Positions 16,835 to 26,353 of a stretch of 31,923 nt of DNA are shown here, piece by piece; position 1 is the stretch's first letter; every line of letters starts with the position of its first letter. This DNA is from Elusimicrobiota bacterium (lineage in GTDB: Bacteria; Elusimicrobiota; Endomicrobiia; CG1-02-37-114; JAHJSO01), in contig JBDRQF010000003.1 of NCBI GenBank assembly GCA_043826435.1, forward strand, positions 1-31,923, in the 5' to 3' direction. Below the pieces are notes generated by a model that saw only the letters and a list, made by a program, of their open reading frames with translations, had not been told where the DNA came from and made no database searches. The position numbers were made by a program, and so were the translations under genes.

Positions 16835-17542
16835 TTGACGGACAAAAAAGATAATATACAATCCATTCTCTCGGAATTAAGAAAAGTACTTTCCGGTTTA
16901 ACAAAGGGACAGGAAAAAGAAGAGACGCCCGGGCAGTCAAAACCAGAAGAATCTGAACAGGTAGCCCAGCCGGTCGAGGAGACGCAACCCGTTGCACAGA
17001 CGGCTGATGCCACGGCCGGCCGGCAACAGGAACAAAAAGTTACTACATGGACGCCGCCGGTATCTGTCCCCGGGCCAACGCCCGCCCCTCCGGTTAGCCC
17101 TGTACCCGTTACCGCACCGGCGACTGTCGCCGGTGTCCAACCGTCAGAAGAAACACAGGAACCGGTGCCGGAAACCCCTGTTGAAGGCCAGATTAGATTC
17201 ACCTGTTTTTACCCGGTCGGTAAAGAAAACGTTAAAGACGAATTTGTTAAAACGCTTATAGACGTTATAAAGAAAACAAGCAAGAGGCCGCTGGAACTAA
17301 AAGATATTTTTGATACCGGTGTTGACCCGTTTACCGTGAACTGGGAAGAACTGGCGCGTAAGTGCAGGAGCAAAAAGATTGAAGCTGTTTTTTTAATACA
17401 CTCAGAGGGTTATGACCCGATTGACTTAAAAAATAAATTTGTGGCCCTGGGGCTGTTTTTCCATGCAATCTCTCTCGGCCAGGTAGCTCGCAAAATAACT
17501 TACATAGACCTGGCCGTTGAACTGATGCTGCGACACAAGTGA
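16835..17542 (+). CDS. Hypothetical protein: amphipathic N-helix, P/E/Q/T-rich linker, C-terminal alpha/beta domain shared with the next gene
   Basis: TTG start; composition; C-terminal FYPVGKEN...YIDLAVELML. Confidence 0.75.
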   Translation: MTDKKDNIQSILSELRKVLSGLTKGQEKEETPGQSKPEESEQVAQPVEETQPVAQTADATAGRQQEQKVTTWTPPVSVPGPTPAPPVSPVPVTAPATVAGVQPSEETQEPVPETPVEGQIRFTCFYPVGKENVKDEFVKTLIDVIKKTSKRPLELKDIFDTGVDPFTVNWEELARKCRSKKIEAVFLIHSEGYDPIDLKNKFVALGLFFHAISLGQVARKITYIDLAVELMLRHK

Positions 17543-17600
17543 AATATTTAATATAAGGTTGTGCGAACGGACAAACAAAGTTTCACGCAAGAAAATAAAA

Positions 17601-19325
17601 ATGCTTGAAAAATGGGACTTAACGAGTTCAGCGTCCGAAAAGGACAGGAACAGGTGGCGGCTGAGGATAAAAATCCCGGAAGACGAGGTGAATAATTTCC
17701 TGAACGAACTTTCGGTTGACACGGGCAGGCCGTTTTCAACTTCAACGGAAGACTATAATTGGGGCGTCTATATTTATAATCTTATTGAAAAAGAAAAAGA
17801 GGCGTTAATAAACTCGCTGAAAGAAAAGTGTCCCGAAGGGCACGTCGTTGTTAGCGGCAAGGAAACCGGCGCCGGTACCCCGGCACATGAAAAAACCGTA
17901 AAGCCCAAACCGGATGAAACACCCGTCTCTGCATCCCAATCGCCCGGCCCGTTTGATTTTCCGGCAATCAAAAAGGAACCCGAAGAACCAAAGGATGATT
18001 TCTGGAAAATACGGCTTGTCACTGATTATACCTTTGAGGAATTTGTAATAGGCCCAAATAACAGGTTCACCGCCGCTGCCTCAATGGCTGTGGCGGAAAA
18101 CCCTGGCAAGGTGTATAACCCTCTTTTTATATACGGGGGGGTCGGGCTTGGCAAGACGCATCTTATGCAGGCGATAGGCCATTATGCAATGAGAAAAAAT
18201 CCGAGAGCAAAAATATTTTACGTTACTTCGGAAAAATTCATAAGCGAAGTAATTGATTCAATCGGCCAGGGCCGGCTCCAGCAATTCAGGGACAGATACC
18301 GCCAGCTTGATATATTGCTGGTTGACGACGTCCAGTTCCTGACCGAATCAGAGTCAACGCAGGAAGAATTTTTCCACACTTTCAACATACTGCATCAGAG
18401 CGGCAAACAGATTGTCCTGACGAGCGACCGTCCGCCCAAACAACTTACCACTCTGGAGGACCGCCTCAGGTCAAGGTTTGAATGGGGACTGATAGCAGAC
18501 ATCAAGTCCCCCTCGCTTGAGACGAGGGTAGCCATATTAAAAAGGAAAGGCGAGCATGAAAACGTTCTGCTTGACGACAACATGCTCCTTTATATAGCAT
18601 CAAAACTTAAGTCCAACATACGGGAACTGGAAGGTTTCTTAATGAGAATAAACGCCTATGCGACCATCACCGGCCAGGTAGTTGATATGAAACTTGTAAA
18701 GGAACTTATGGATGAACTCCTGCCGGGTGAAGCGGAGCAAAAAGAGGCAGCGCCGGTACAACTCGCAGGAGGCCAGCAGGGTTCTATCCCGCATGCAGTT
18801 CCAGCCCCGGCGCAACAGATACCAGTACCAGCCCAGGTGCAACATACTCCAACCCCGGCGTCCCCTGCTCCGGCCGGGCATGCTGTTTCACATCCCCCCC
18901 TGAAACCCGTAGTAACTGTTGAAGACGACATGTCGCTTAACCCGATAGAGATCGCATTTTTCTATCCTGAGGGCAAAGAGAACGAACTCCTGAAAGTGAA
19001 AGAGCGGTTCAGGGATATAATAAAGAAACACAACCTTAAATTCCGACTGGCGAGCGTGTTTGACAGGAGTTATGAGCCGCACCTGAAATTGAATTATGGG
19101 ATGTTTACTGAACTCTGCAAAACAAACAATGTCAATATAGCAGTCGTTGTGGGTCCGACCCCGGAGTCCCTTGTTACGAATGATGATTTTATGAATACAC
19201 TGATAGCCATGATGGATAGCGAAAGGATATCCCTGCAGTATATCCCATGGCATGAGTTAAACAAGGATTACAGATACCTGAACCTGGCGCTGGACATTAC
19301 ACTGACGAAACATTCAAGGATGTAA
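17601..19325 (+). CDS. DnaA-family AAA+ paralog lacking domain IV, with a novel C-terminal domain
   Basis: YTFEEFVIG, YNPLFIYGGVGLGKTHL, DDVQFL, QEEFFHTFN, RLRSRFEWGL, NIRELEG; no RDHTTV helix-turn-helix; start ATG 17601 or GTG 17559. Confidence 0.88.
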   Translation: MLEKWDLTSSASEKDRNRWRLRIKIPEDEVNNFLNELSVDTGRPFSTSTEDYNWGVYIYNLIEKEKEALINSLKEKCPEGHVVVSGKETGAGTPAHEKTVKPKPDETPVSASQSPGPFDFPAIKKEPEEPKDDFWKIRLVTDYTFEEFVIGPNNRFTAAASMAVAENPGKVYNPLFIYGGVGLGKTHLMQAIGHYAMRKNPRAKIFYVTSEKFISEVIDSIGQGRLQQFRDRYRQLDILLVDDVQFLTESESTQEEFFHTFNILHQSGKQIVLTSDRPPKQLTTLEDRLRSRFEWGLIADIKSPSLETRVAILKRKGEHENVLLDDNMLLYIASKLKSNIRELEGFLMRINAYATITGQVVDMKLVKELMDELLPGEAEQKEAAPVQLAGGQQGSIPHAVPAPAQQIPVPAQVQHTPTPASPAPAGHAVSHPPLKPVVTVEDDMSLNPIEIAFFYPEGKENELLKVKERFRDIIKKHNLKFRLASVFDRSYEPHLKLNYGMFTELCKTNNVNIAVVVGPTPESLVTNDDFMNTLIAMMDSERISLQYIPWHELNKDYRYLNLALDITLTKHSRM

Positions 19326-19376
19326 AAAATAAAGGCGACGCGGGGTTCCCCGCAGGTAGCCGGCACAAAGGAGGCA

Positions 19377-20546
19377 GTGATGCAAACAGCGGTGCGCATG
19401 TCACGGCTTGGGACCGAAACTGCATTTGAGGTTTTGGCGAAAGCGAAAAAGTTGGAAGCGAAGGGTAAGGAGATAGTTCACATGGAAATAGGCGAGCCGG
19501 ATTTTGACACGCCGAAAAACATCAAAGAGGCGGCAAAAAAGGCGATTGATGACGGTTATACACACTACGGACCGTCACAGGGACTCCCGGAACACAGGCA
19601 GGCGATAGCCGAATACATTTCAAAGACAAGAGGGATTCCCGTTGACCCGGATGAAGTTGTCGTGACGCCTGGCGCAAAACCGATAATATTTTTCACCATA
19701 CTTACATGGTTAAAGCCGGGCGATGAAGTTATAGTGCCGTCCCCGGGTTTTCCCATATACGAATCAATGATAAACTTTGTGGGGGCTAAGCCGGTCCTCC
19801 TGCCGTTGAGGGAGGAAAACGACTTTTGTATAGATACGGATGAATTCAGGAAACTTGTATCGCCTCTCACGAAGATGGTAATACTCAACTCACCTCACAA
19901 CCCCTGTGGTAGCGTTCTGCCGGCAGGGTCAATTAAAGAGATTGCGGAAGTTGTTGCCAACGACGAAGACATTCTCCTGATATCCGACGAGGTGTATTCT
20001 GAAATACTTTATGAAGGCAGGCACGAGAGCATTATATCACTGCCCGGGATGAAGGACAAAACCGTGTTGATAGACGGCTATTCAAAGACGTTCGCCATGA
20101 CGGGATGGAGGTGCGGCTACGGGGTGATGAACAAAAGCATTGTCCCGCATATTACCCGCCTGCAGACGAACTCAAACTCCTGTACCGCCACGTTTACGCA
20201 GATCGCCTGCATTGAAGCGCTAAGGGGCCCGAAGGACGACGTCCGGAAAATGGTGGCTGAGTTTAAAAAGAGGAGGGACATAATAGTTGACGGGTTAAAC
20301 AAGATACCCGGTTTCAGTTGCAGGAAACCCGGCGGCGCTTTTTATGTATTCCCGAATATAACAAAGACGGGCAAGACGTCCCGCGAACTTGAAACTATTC
20401 TCCTGGAACAGGCGGGGGTGGCTTGTTTAAGCGGCGCCTCTTTCGGTTCTTTCGGCAAGGGCTATCTGAGGTTTTCATACGCAAACTCAGTTGAAAACAT
20501 ACAGAAGGCGCTTAAAAAAATAGAGGACACAATTAAAAAATTATAA
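19377..20546 (+). CDS. PLP-dependent class I/II aminotransferase (aspartate aminotransferase-like)
   Basis: IGEPDF, NSPHNPCG, SDEVY, GYSKTFAMTGWRCGY, GAFYVF, LRFSYA. Confidence 0.93.
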   Translation: MMQTAVRMSRLGTETAFEVLAKAKKLEAKGKEIVHMEIGEPDFDTPKNIKEAAKKAIDDGYTHYGPSQGLPEHRQAIAEYISKTRGIPVDPDEVVVTPGAKPIIFFTILTWLKPGDEVIVPSPGFPIYESMINFVGAKPVLLPLREENDFCIDTDEFRKLVSPLTKMVILNSPHNPCGSVLPAGSIKEIAEVVANDEDILLISDEVYSEILYEGRHESIISLPGMKDKTVLIDGYSKTFAMTGWRCGYGVMNKSIVPHITRLQTNSNSCTATFTQIACIEALRGPKDDVRKMVAEFKKRRDIIVDGLNKIPGFSCRKPGGAFYVFPNITKTGKTSRELETILLEQAGVACLSGASFGSFGKGYLRFSYANSVENIQKALKKIEDTIKKL

Positions 20547-20578
20547 AATGTATATGTATCAAAAAATAAGGGGGCAAG

Positions 20579-22885
20579 ATGTCAGAGAATAAATTTTTAA
20601 AATCGTCTGATTTAGCCGGTGCGACTGGGGGATTCTCACAGCAAGACGGCAGATTGATTGAACGGTTGTTCATCGCATACCGCTCAATAGTTATCCTGTT
20701 GTTCAATTTCGTGCAATCGGGACACCCGGGCGGTTCAATCTCAATGGGCAGGATGCTCATGAACCTTGTTTTTAATAAAAATACGAAGATGGACTTTACC
20801 GATATGGACCGTCCGGACTCGGACGTTATAGGTATGGCCGCAGGGCACAAGGCGCTCGGACTGTATTCGTTTCTCGGGTTGATGTTTAACTTAGTAAAAC
20901 TAAACGACCCTAAACTTTACGGTTCAATCAAACGCAAGATGCGGTTGGAGGACCTGTTAGGTTTCAGGAAAAACCCTGCAACTATTCTGCCGCTGATGAA
21001 AAGGTTTAATTCACACCGGCTTGACGGTCATCCTACGCCCGAGACACCCGGAGTTGTGGTGGCGACAGGTGCTTCAGGGGTCGGGTTCGGGGCAATAGGC
21101 GGTTATGCATTTGCGAAGAAAGAATATTTTGATAACCCCCCCGTGATAAACCTTATAGAGGGCGAAGGCGGGATGACGGCGGGCCGCGTGCACGAGAGTC
21201 TTGCGCATTTCTGGGCGATGTCGGTGTGGAACCTGATAGTTCACGTTGATTGGAACAATGCCAGCATTGATGCAGACGCCGTCTGTTCGGATAACTGCCG
21301 CGGGCAGTATGTAAACTGGCAGCCGCACAAACTCGGCGCCCTGCACGGATATAATGTGGTGCTCGTTGAAAACTGCAGGGACAACGCCCACATAAGGGCT
21401 TCTATGGATTATATTTTTGACAAATGCATCCCCCGGAAAGAATCACCCGGCATGATAGTTTACCGCACCGTGAAGGGTGAGGGCTACATGGAGGGACGTA
21501 AATCCCACGGCGCAGGTTATAAGTTTGACTCTGAAGAATATTTCAACGCCCAGAAAATATTTGAAACCGTTTTCAATACGAAATTCGTAAAAACCCCGGG
21601 CCCGGTTACCCCTGAAACCCGCGAGGAGTACTTCTACAAGAACCTGCTTGTGATAGAGGAAGCCCTGAAGTCGGACAGAGAACTTCTTGATTTCGGGTTC
21701 AACGGAATAATTTCCGGCAGGGACGCCCTGAACAAGGAAAACCGCAAACCGAAAAAAGACAGCGCAGACATTTCCGTTTTGCTTAAGAAACCGGAGTTAT
21801 TTGACGCGAAAAAACCGCCGGAGGGCATCCATCAAAGACCGGGTGATTCAATTACGTTGCGCGAAGAACTCGGCAGGATATTGAGTTACATGAACCATGC
21901 CTCAAACGGCGGACTGTACGGTTTTGCGGCCGACCTGGTGGGTTCCACCAGTTTGAACCTGATGTGCGATCATTTTTCAAAGGGCTTTTTTTCGTGTGAC
22001 AACCCGGAAGGAAAAATCATACCGACGGGTATCTGCGAGGACGGCGGCTCTGCCCTGGTTACCGGTATTTCCGCAACGGGGCATTACATAGGTGTCGCCA
22101 GTTCATACGCCACGTTCATGAGCCCGATGGGTTTTACCGCGGCACGGTTATTCTGCATTGCATACCAGGCGAAAAAAGGGGAAAACATGGCTCCGGTGAT
22201 ACTCATAAATGCCCATGCAGGGCTGAAAACCGGCGAAGACGGTCCGACGCATGCATGCCCCCAGACGCTGTCTATATGGAAGAGTTTCAGCAAACTCAAA
22301 TGCAAAGTCATAACGCTTACACCGTGGGACGCAAACGAAATGTGGCCGCTTATGATAACTGCATTAAGAAACAGGCCGGCGCTGGTAGTCCCGTTTGTTA
22401 CCCGCCCGCCGGAAGTGATAATTGACAGGAAGCAGTACGGCTTCCCGGACGTGTCGGAGACCGTCAACGGTATTTATTATGTCCGCAGGGCGAAGAAGTC
22501 AAAAGCGACCGTCCTCTACCAGGGGGCTGAGGTCGGCGTAGAGTTGCCGAATGTCGTCACGGAACTTGACAAGGAAAAGATAGACGTGAACGTCCTCTAC
22601 ATTTCAAGCCCGGAACTATTCTTGTATTTGCCGCAGCAAAAACAGGACGGGATTCTTCCGGTTGAATTTAAAAGAAACGCAATGGCCGTAACCGGCTTTA
22701 CGATAGACACTATGTACGAGTACTTACTGACGGAAAAAGGCAGGGATTTTTCTTTACACCCGTTTAAGAAAGGGGTTTTCCTGGGTTCAGGGCCAGGGGG
22801 CGAAGTGCTGAAACAGGCGGGGCTTGATGTTCAATCGCAGATCCGGGCAATAAAGAAATTTGTGGCAGAACTAAGGAGAAAATAG
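20579..22885 (+). CDS. Divergent transketolase-family TPP enzyme
   Basis: SGHPGGSIS, AAGHK, DGHPTP, GEG...N TPP motif, TVKGEG, GICE, GEDGPTH. Confidence 0.82.
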   Translation: MSENKFLKSSDLAGATGGFSQQDGRLIERLFIAYRSIVILLFNFVQSGHPGGSISMGRMLMNLVFNKNTKMDFTDMDRPDSDVIGMAAGHKALGLYSFLGLMFNLVKLNDPKLYGSIKRKMRLEDLLGFRKNPATILPLMKRFNSHRLDGHPTPETPGVVVATGASGVGFGAIGGYAFAKKEYFDNPPVINLIEGEGGMTAGRVHESLAHFWAMSVWNLIVHVDWNNASIDADAVCSDNCRGQYVNWQPHKLGALHGYNVVLVENCRDNAHIRASMDYIFDKCIPRKESPGMIVYRTVKGEGYMEGRKSHGAGYKFDSEEYFNAQKIFETVFNTKFVKTPGPVTPETREEYFYKNLLVIEEALKSDRELLDFGFNGIISGRDALNKENRKPKKDSADISVLLKKPELFDAKKPPEGIHQRPGDSITLREELGRILSYMNHASNGGLYGFAADLVGSTSLNLMCDHFSKGFFSCDNPEGKIIPTGICEDGGSALVTGISATGHYIGVASSYATFMSPMGFTAARLFCIAYQAKKGENMAPVILINAHAGLKTGEDGPTHACPQTLSIWKSFSKLKCKVITLTPWDANEMWPLMITALRNRPALVVPFVTRPPEVIIDRKQYGFPDVSETVNGIYYVRRAKKSKATVLYQGAEVGVELPNVVTELDKEKIDVNVLYISSPELFLYLPQQKQDGILPVEFKRNAMAVTGFTIDTMYEYLLTEKGRDFSLHPFKKGVFLGSGPGGEVLKQAGLDVQSQIRAIKKFVAELRRK

Positions 22886-22890
22886 CTTCA

Positions 22891-24594
22891 ATGGATATCA
22901 AGGAAATAATAAAAGCATCCAACGGTAAAATTCCGGTTGACCTGTTGCTTAAAAACGGGAAACTGATAAACGTTTTTTCGGGGGAGGTTTACCCGGAAAA
23001 CATAGCGGTCCACAAGGGTTTTGTCGTCGGTTACGGGGACTATAGGGCTAAAAAGACCATTGACCTGAAAGGGAAATACGTCTCGCCCGGTTTCATAGAC
23101 GGGCACGTCCATATTGAGTCGTCAATGGTTTCCATTTCGGAGTTTGCAAGGGCGGTGGTCTCAAAGGGCGTTACTTCGGTAATCACCGACGCCCACGAGA
23201 TAGCGAACGTCCTTGGTATTGACGGCATAAAATACATGCTTGAAGCGTCAAAGAACCAGCCGCTGAACGTGTTTTTTATGCTGCCGTCCTGTGTCCCGGC
23301 GAGTAACATGGAGACAGCCGGCGCGCACCTTACCGGTTTTGACCTGTATCCTTTCCTGAAGGAAAAATGGGTTGTGGGTTTGGGTGAGGTTATGAATTTT
23401 CCGGGCGTCATATCCGCCGACGAGGACCTTCTTAACAAGATAAAGATTGCAGCAGGCAAAAGAATTGACGGTCATTCACCGGGGCTTACGGGTAAAACCC
23501 TCTCTTGTTACATAACCTCAGGGATTACATCCGACCACGAATCAACGACAGTCCAGGAAGCGAAGGAAAAATTAAAAAAAGGGATGTTCGTGATGGTTAG
23601 GGAAGGGACATCAGAAAAAAATCTCAGGGATATAATTCCACTCGTTAATGAAAAAAATTATTCCCGGTTCTTTTTCGTAACGGATGACCGACATCCGCAG
23701 GATTTAATTAAAGAGGGTTCCGTTGATTTTATAATCAGGGAGGCGGTGTCAATGGGGCTTGACCCGGTTACTGCCATAAGGATGGCGACGATAAATACTG
23801 CGGAGTATTTCCGCTTGCCGAGAATAGGCGCCGTTGCGCCCGGTTACCAGGCGGACATAGTCATTTTTGACAACCTGAAAAGGCCCGTGCCGGAGATGGT
23901 TTTTCGCCGGGGGGAAGTGGTTTCCGTTGACGGGAAATTCATCGGCAAAAAACGGAAATTAGAGGGTATGCTCCGCGGTTCAATAAATGTCAGGTGGCTT
24001 CATCCGGATGATTTCAGTGTCCATGCCGCGAAGAAAAATATCCAGGCAATAGAAATCGTCCCTCACCAGATAATAACGAAAAAGAGGATATACCCTGCGA
24101 AGATAGAAAAGGGTAATGCCGTCTCCGATATAAAGAGGGATCTGCTGAAATTGGTCGTCGTAGAGAGGCACCTTGCGAGCGGGAACATCGGCAAGGGATT
24201 CGTCCGGGGTTTTGGTTTGAAAAGGGGAGCCATCGCTTCTTCTGTCGCGCACGATTCGCACAATATAATATGCGTCGGGGTTGACGACAAATCCATATTC
24301 ACCGCCTGCGTTGAAATAGTAAAAATTGGCGGGGGGCTGTGTATCGCCGACGGTGAAAAAATATTAGGCAAACTCCCGCTCCCGATTGCAGGACTTATGA
24401 CTGACAAACCGCTTGAAAATGTTGTGAAGGAACTTGAAAAACTCAACTCAATCTCCAGAAAACTCGGATGTGTTCTGGCTGACCCGTTTATGACACTGTC
24501 ATTCCTTGCCCTGCCCGTTATACCGGAACTGAAACTTACGGACAAAGGCCTCGTGGATGTAAAAAAATTCAAAGTGGTGGATTTGTTTGTATGA
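22891..24594 (+). CDS. ade: Adenine deaminase
   Basis: PGFIDGHVHIESS, HEIANVLG, GEVMNFPGV, DGHSPG, SDHE, SSVAHDSHN, LALPVIPELK. Confidence 0.95.
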   Translation: MDIKEIIKASNGKIPVDLLLKNGKLINVFSGEVYPENIAVHKGFVVGYGDYRAKKTIDLKGKYVSPGFIDGHVHIESSMVSISEFARAVVSKGVTSVITDAHEIANVLGIDGIKYMLEASKNQPLNVFFMLPSCVPASNMETAGAHLTGFDLYPFLKEKWVVGLGEVMNFPGVISADEDLLNKIKIAAGKRIDGHSPGLTGKTLSCYITSGITSDHESTTVQEAKEKLKKGMFVMVREGTSEKNLRDIIPLVNEKNYSRFFFVTDDRHPQDLIKEGSVDFIIREAVSMGLDPVTAIRMATINTAEYFRLPRIGAVAPGYQADIVIFDNLKRPVPEMVFRRGEVVSVDGKFIGKKRKLEGMLRGSINVRWLHPDDFSVHAAKKNIQAIEIVPHQIITKKRIYPAKIEKGNAVSDIKRDLLKLVVVERHLASGNIGKGFVRGFGLKRGAIASSVAHDSHNIICVGVDDKSIFTACVEIVKIGGGLCIADGEKILGKLPLPIAGLMTDKPLENVVKELEKLNSISRKLGCVLADPFMTLSFLALPVIPELKLTDKGLVDVKKFKVVDLFV

Positions 24595-25484
24595 AAAAAA
24601 TTAAGCGCAAAAAGAACAAAAAGCAAAAACGGTTAATCAGAGAAGGTTCAGTTTTATACATCCCAGAGAATAAGACAATGGATGATTTTGTAAATCAGGT
24701 AATTGAAGGCGATTGTATAGAAATAATGAAAAACATACCGTCTGAAAGCGTGGATTTGGTTTTTGCAGATCCTCCATTCAACATCGGCATAAAATACGAT
24801 AATTATAAAGATGATAAAAGTTATGAGGATTATTATAATTGGTCAGCCGGGTGGATAAAAGAAACTTATAGAATATTGAAAGAAACAGGAGCAGTGTATA
24901 TAGCAATAGGCGATGAATTCGCGGCAGAAATAAATTTAATTTTGAAAAAAACAGGATTTAATTTCAGGAATTGGATAATTTGGTATTACACTTTCGGGCA
25001 AAATCAAAGAAAAAAGTTTAATCGTTCTCACACGCATATTCTTTACTTTACGAAGGATAAAGAAAAATTTGTTTTCAATGATAAAGAAATAAGAATTCCC
25101 TCGGCAAGATTACAAGTATATCATGATAAAAGGGCACATCCTCTCGGAAAAGTACCCGACGATGTATGGGAATTTGCCAGGGTTTGCGGTTCATTTAAGG
25201 AAAGAATTGGTAATCACCCCTGCCAAATGCCAGAAGCACTTTTAGAAAGAATTATCAGAACCAGTTCAAATGTCGGTGATATTGTTTTAGACCCGTTTGG
25301 AGGAACAGGAACTACATCGGCTGTTGCTAAAAAATTAAAGAGAAATTATATAACAATGGAAATATCAAAAAATTATATTGATGTTATCAGAAAGAGATTG
25401 GAAGGTAGAATAGCGGAAATTAAAGCAGGAACCCAGAAAACAGAGAAAGAGATTTTACCATTGTTTGAATTTTACAATCGTTGA
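24591..25484 (+). CDS. Beta-class N6A/N4C DNA methyltransferase
   Basis: FADPPFN (motif IV) before HPCQMP and VLDPFGGTGTT (motif I). Confidence 0.92.
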   Translation: MKKIKRKKNKKQKRLIREGSVLYIPENKTMDDFVNQVIEGDCIEIMKNIPSESVDLVFADPPFNIGIKYDNYKDDKSYEDYYNWSAGWIKETYRILKETGAVYIAIGDEFAAEINLILKKTGFNFRNWIIWYYTFGQNQRKKFNRSHTHILYFTKDKEKFVFNDKEIRIPSARLQVYHDKRAHPLGKVPDDVWEFARVCGSFKERIGNHPCQMPEALLERIIRTSSNVGDIVLDPFGGTGTTSAVAKKLKRNYITMEISKNYIDVIRKRLEGRIAEIKAGTQKTEKEILPLFEFYNR

Positions 25485-25494
25485 ATTTTACAAT
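25465..25494 (+). repeat. Tandem 14-bp direct repeat TTGAATTTTACAAT at the MTase/REase junction
   Basis: Copies at 25465-25478 and 25481-25494. Confidence 0.85.
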
Positions 25495-25498
25495 AATT

Positions 25499-26353
25499 AT
25501 GGATAAAGCAAAACTTGGTTCAAAAACAGCAAAAGGCGGATTTGCGAATGAAAAAGCCATATGTAAAAAGTTTAACAACTGGCGAAAAAATAATGTAGCA
25601 CAAGAATGGTTGAAAACAATGGGATACAATCCGGATAAAGTTGACTCTGTAACTGCAATTCAAATCCCTAACAGGATTAAAAAAGAAGACATAAAGAAGT
25701 TTAATATTACCGATGAGGATTATAGTAAATTTGTAAGATTCAAAAAAGCGGATGCTCAAATTAGAATTATTATCAAAACCGGTAATATAGTTAAAATAGA
25801 AAATCTATCACTTAAAAAAGCAAACTCGGATGCAGATTATAATCAGATAGACAAGAGAACAATTGATGCTTATCAAAAGATGTGGGGATTTGATAATGAG
25901 ATCGCATTATGGCTGAAGCTTTTTACAGGAGAGATAAATCCAAAATTACAAATTCCGCTTATCGGAAAAATTAAGTTGAGAGACAAAAGAAGATTGTTTA
26001 TTGATGAAATGCCTGAAGCAATCCAGAATAAAATCATTCAATTTTTCCAAGGGAATAAAATTTTGGTAATCAGTGATATTCTCAAGGGCAGAGGCGGGTT
26101 ATCAGCCAGTTGGATGCTGGTAACCAGATTCAATAAGAAAGAGAAAACTACCACTTGGACACTTCAGGATATTAACACGGCTATGAATTTCTTTGGGGGT
26201 GGGGAGGTGATTGTTTCGCCTAATGGTAGTTTATATATTGGTAAAATTACGGTTCAAAGAAAAGGTGGAACACCTGATCCAACTAAACTACAGTTTAAGT
26301 TTAAGCCCTGTCAGTTATTTGAATTAGACAAAAATAAGGTTAATAGATTATGA
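25499..26353 (+). CDS. Type II restriction endonuclease, R.HinP1I family
   Basis: LGSKTAKGGFANEK, AQEWLKTMG, NQIDKR, DKRRLF, DILKGRG, ITVQRKGG, LQFK, matching my recollection of R.HinP1I; start ATG 25499 or TTG 25481. Confidence 0.85.
   Translation: MDKAKLGSKTAKGGFANEKAICKKFNNWRKNNVAQEWLKTMGYNPDKVDSVTAIQIPNRIKKEDIKKFNITDEDYSKFVRFKKADAQIRIIIKTGNIVKIENLSLKKANSDADYNQIDKRTIDAYQKMWGFDNEIALWLKLFTGEINPKLQIPLIGKIKLRDKRRLFIDEMPEAIQNKIIQFFQGNKILVISDILKGRGGLSASWMLVTRFNKKEKTTTWTLQDINTAMNFFGGGEVIVSPNGSLYIGKITVQRKGGTPDPTKLQFKFKPCQLFELDKNKVNRL

Noticed and set aside
17559..19376. Canonical dnaA and oriC
   Set aside because: No domain IV, no dnaN, and no cluster of TTATCCACA boxes seen
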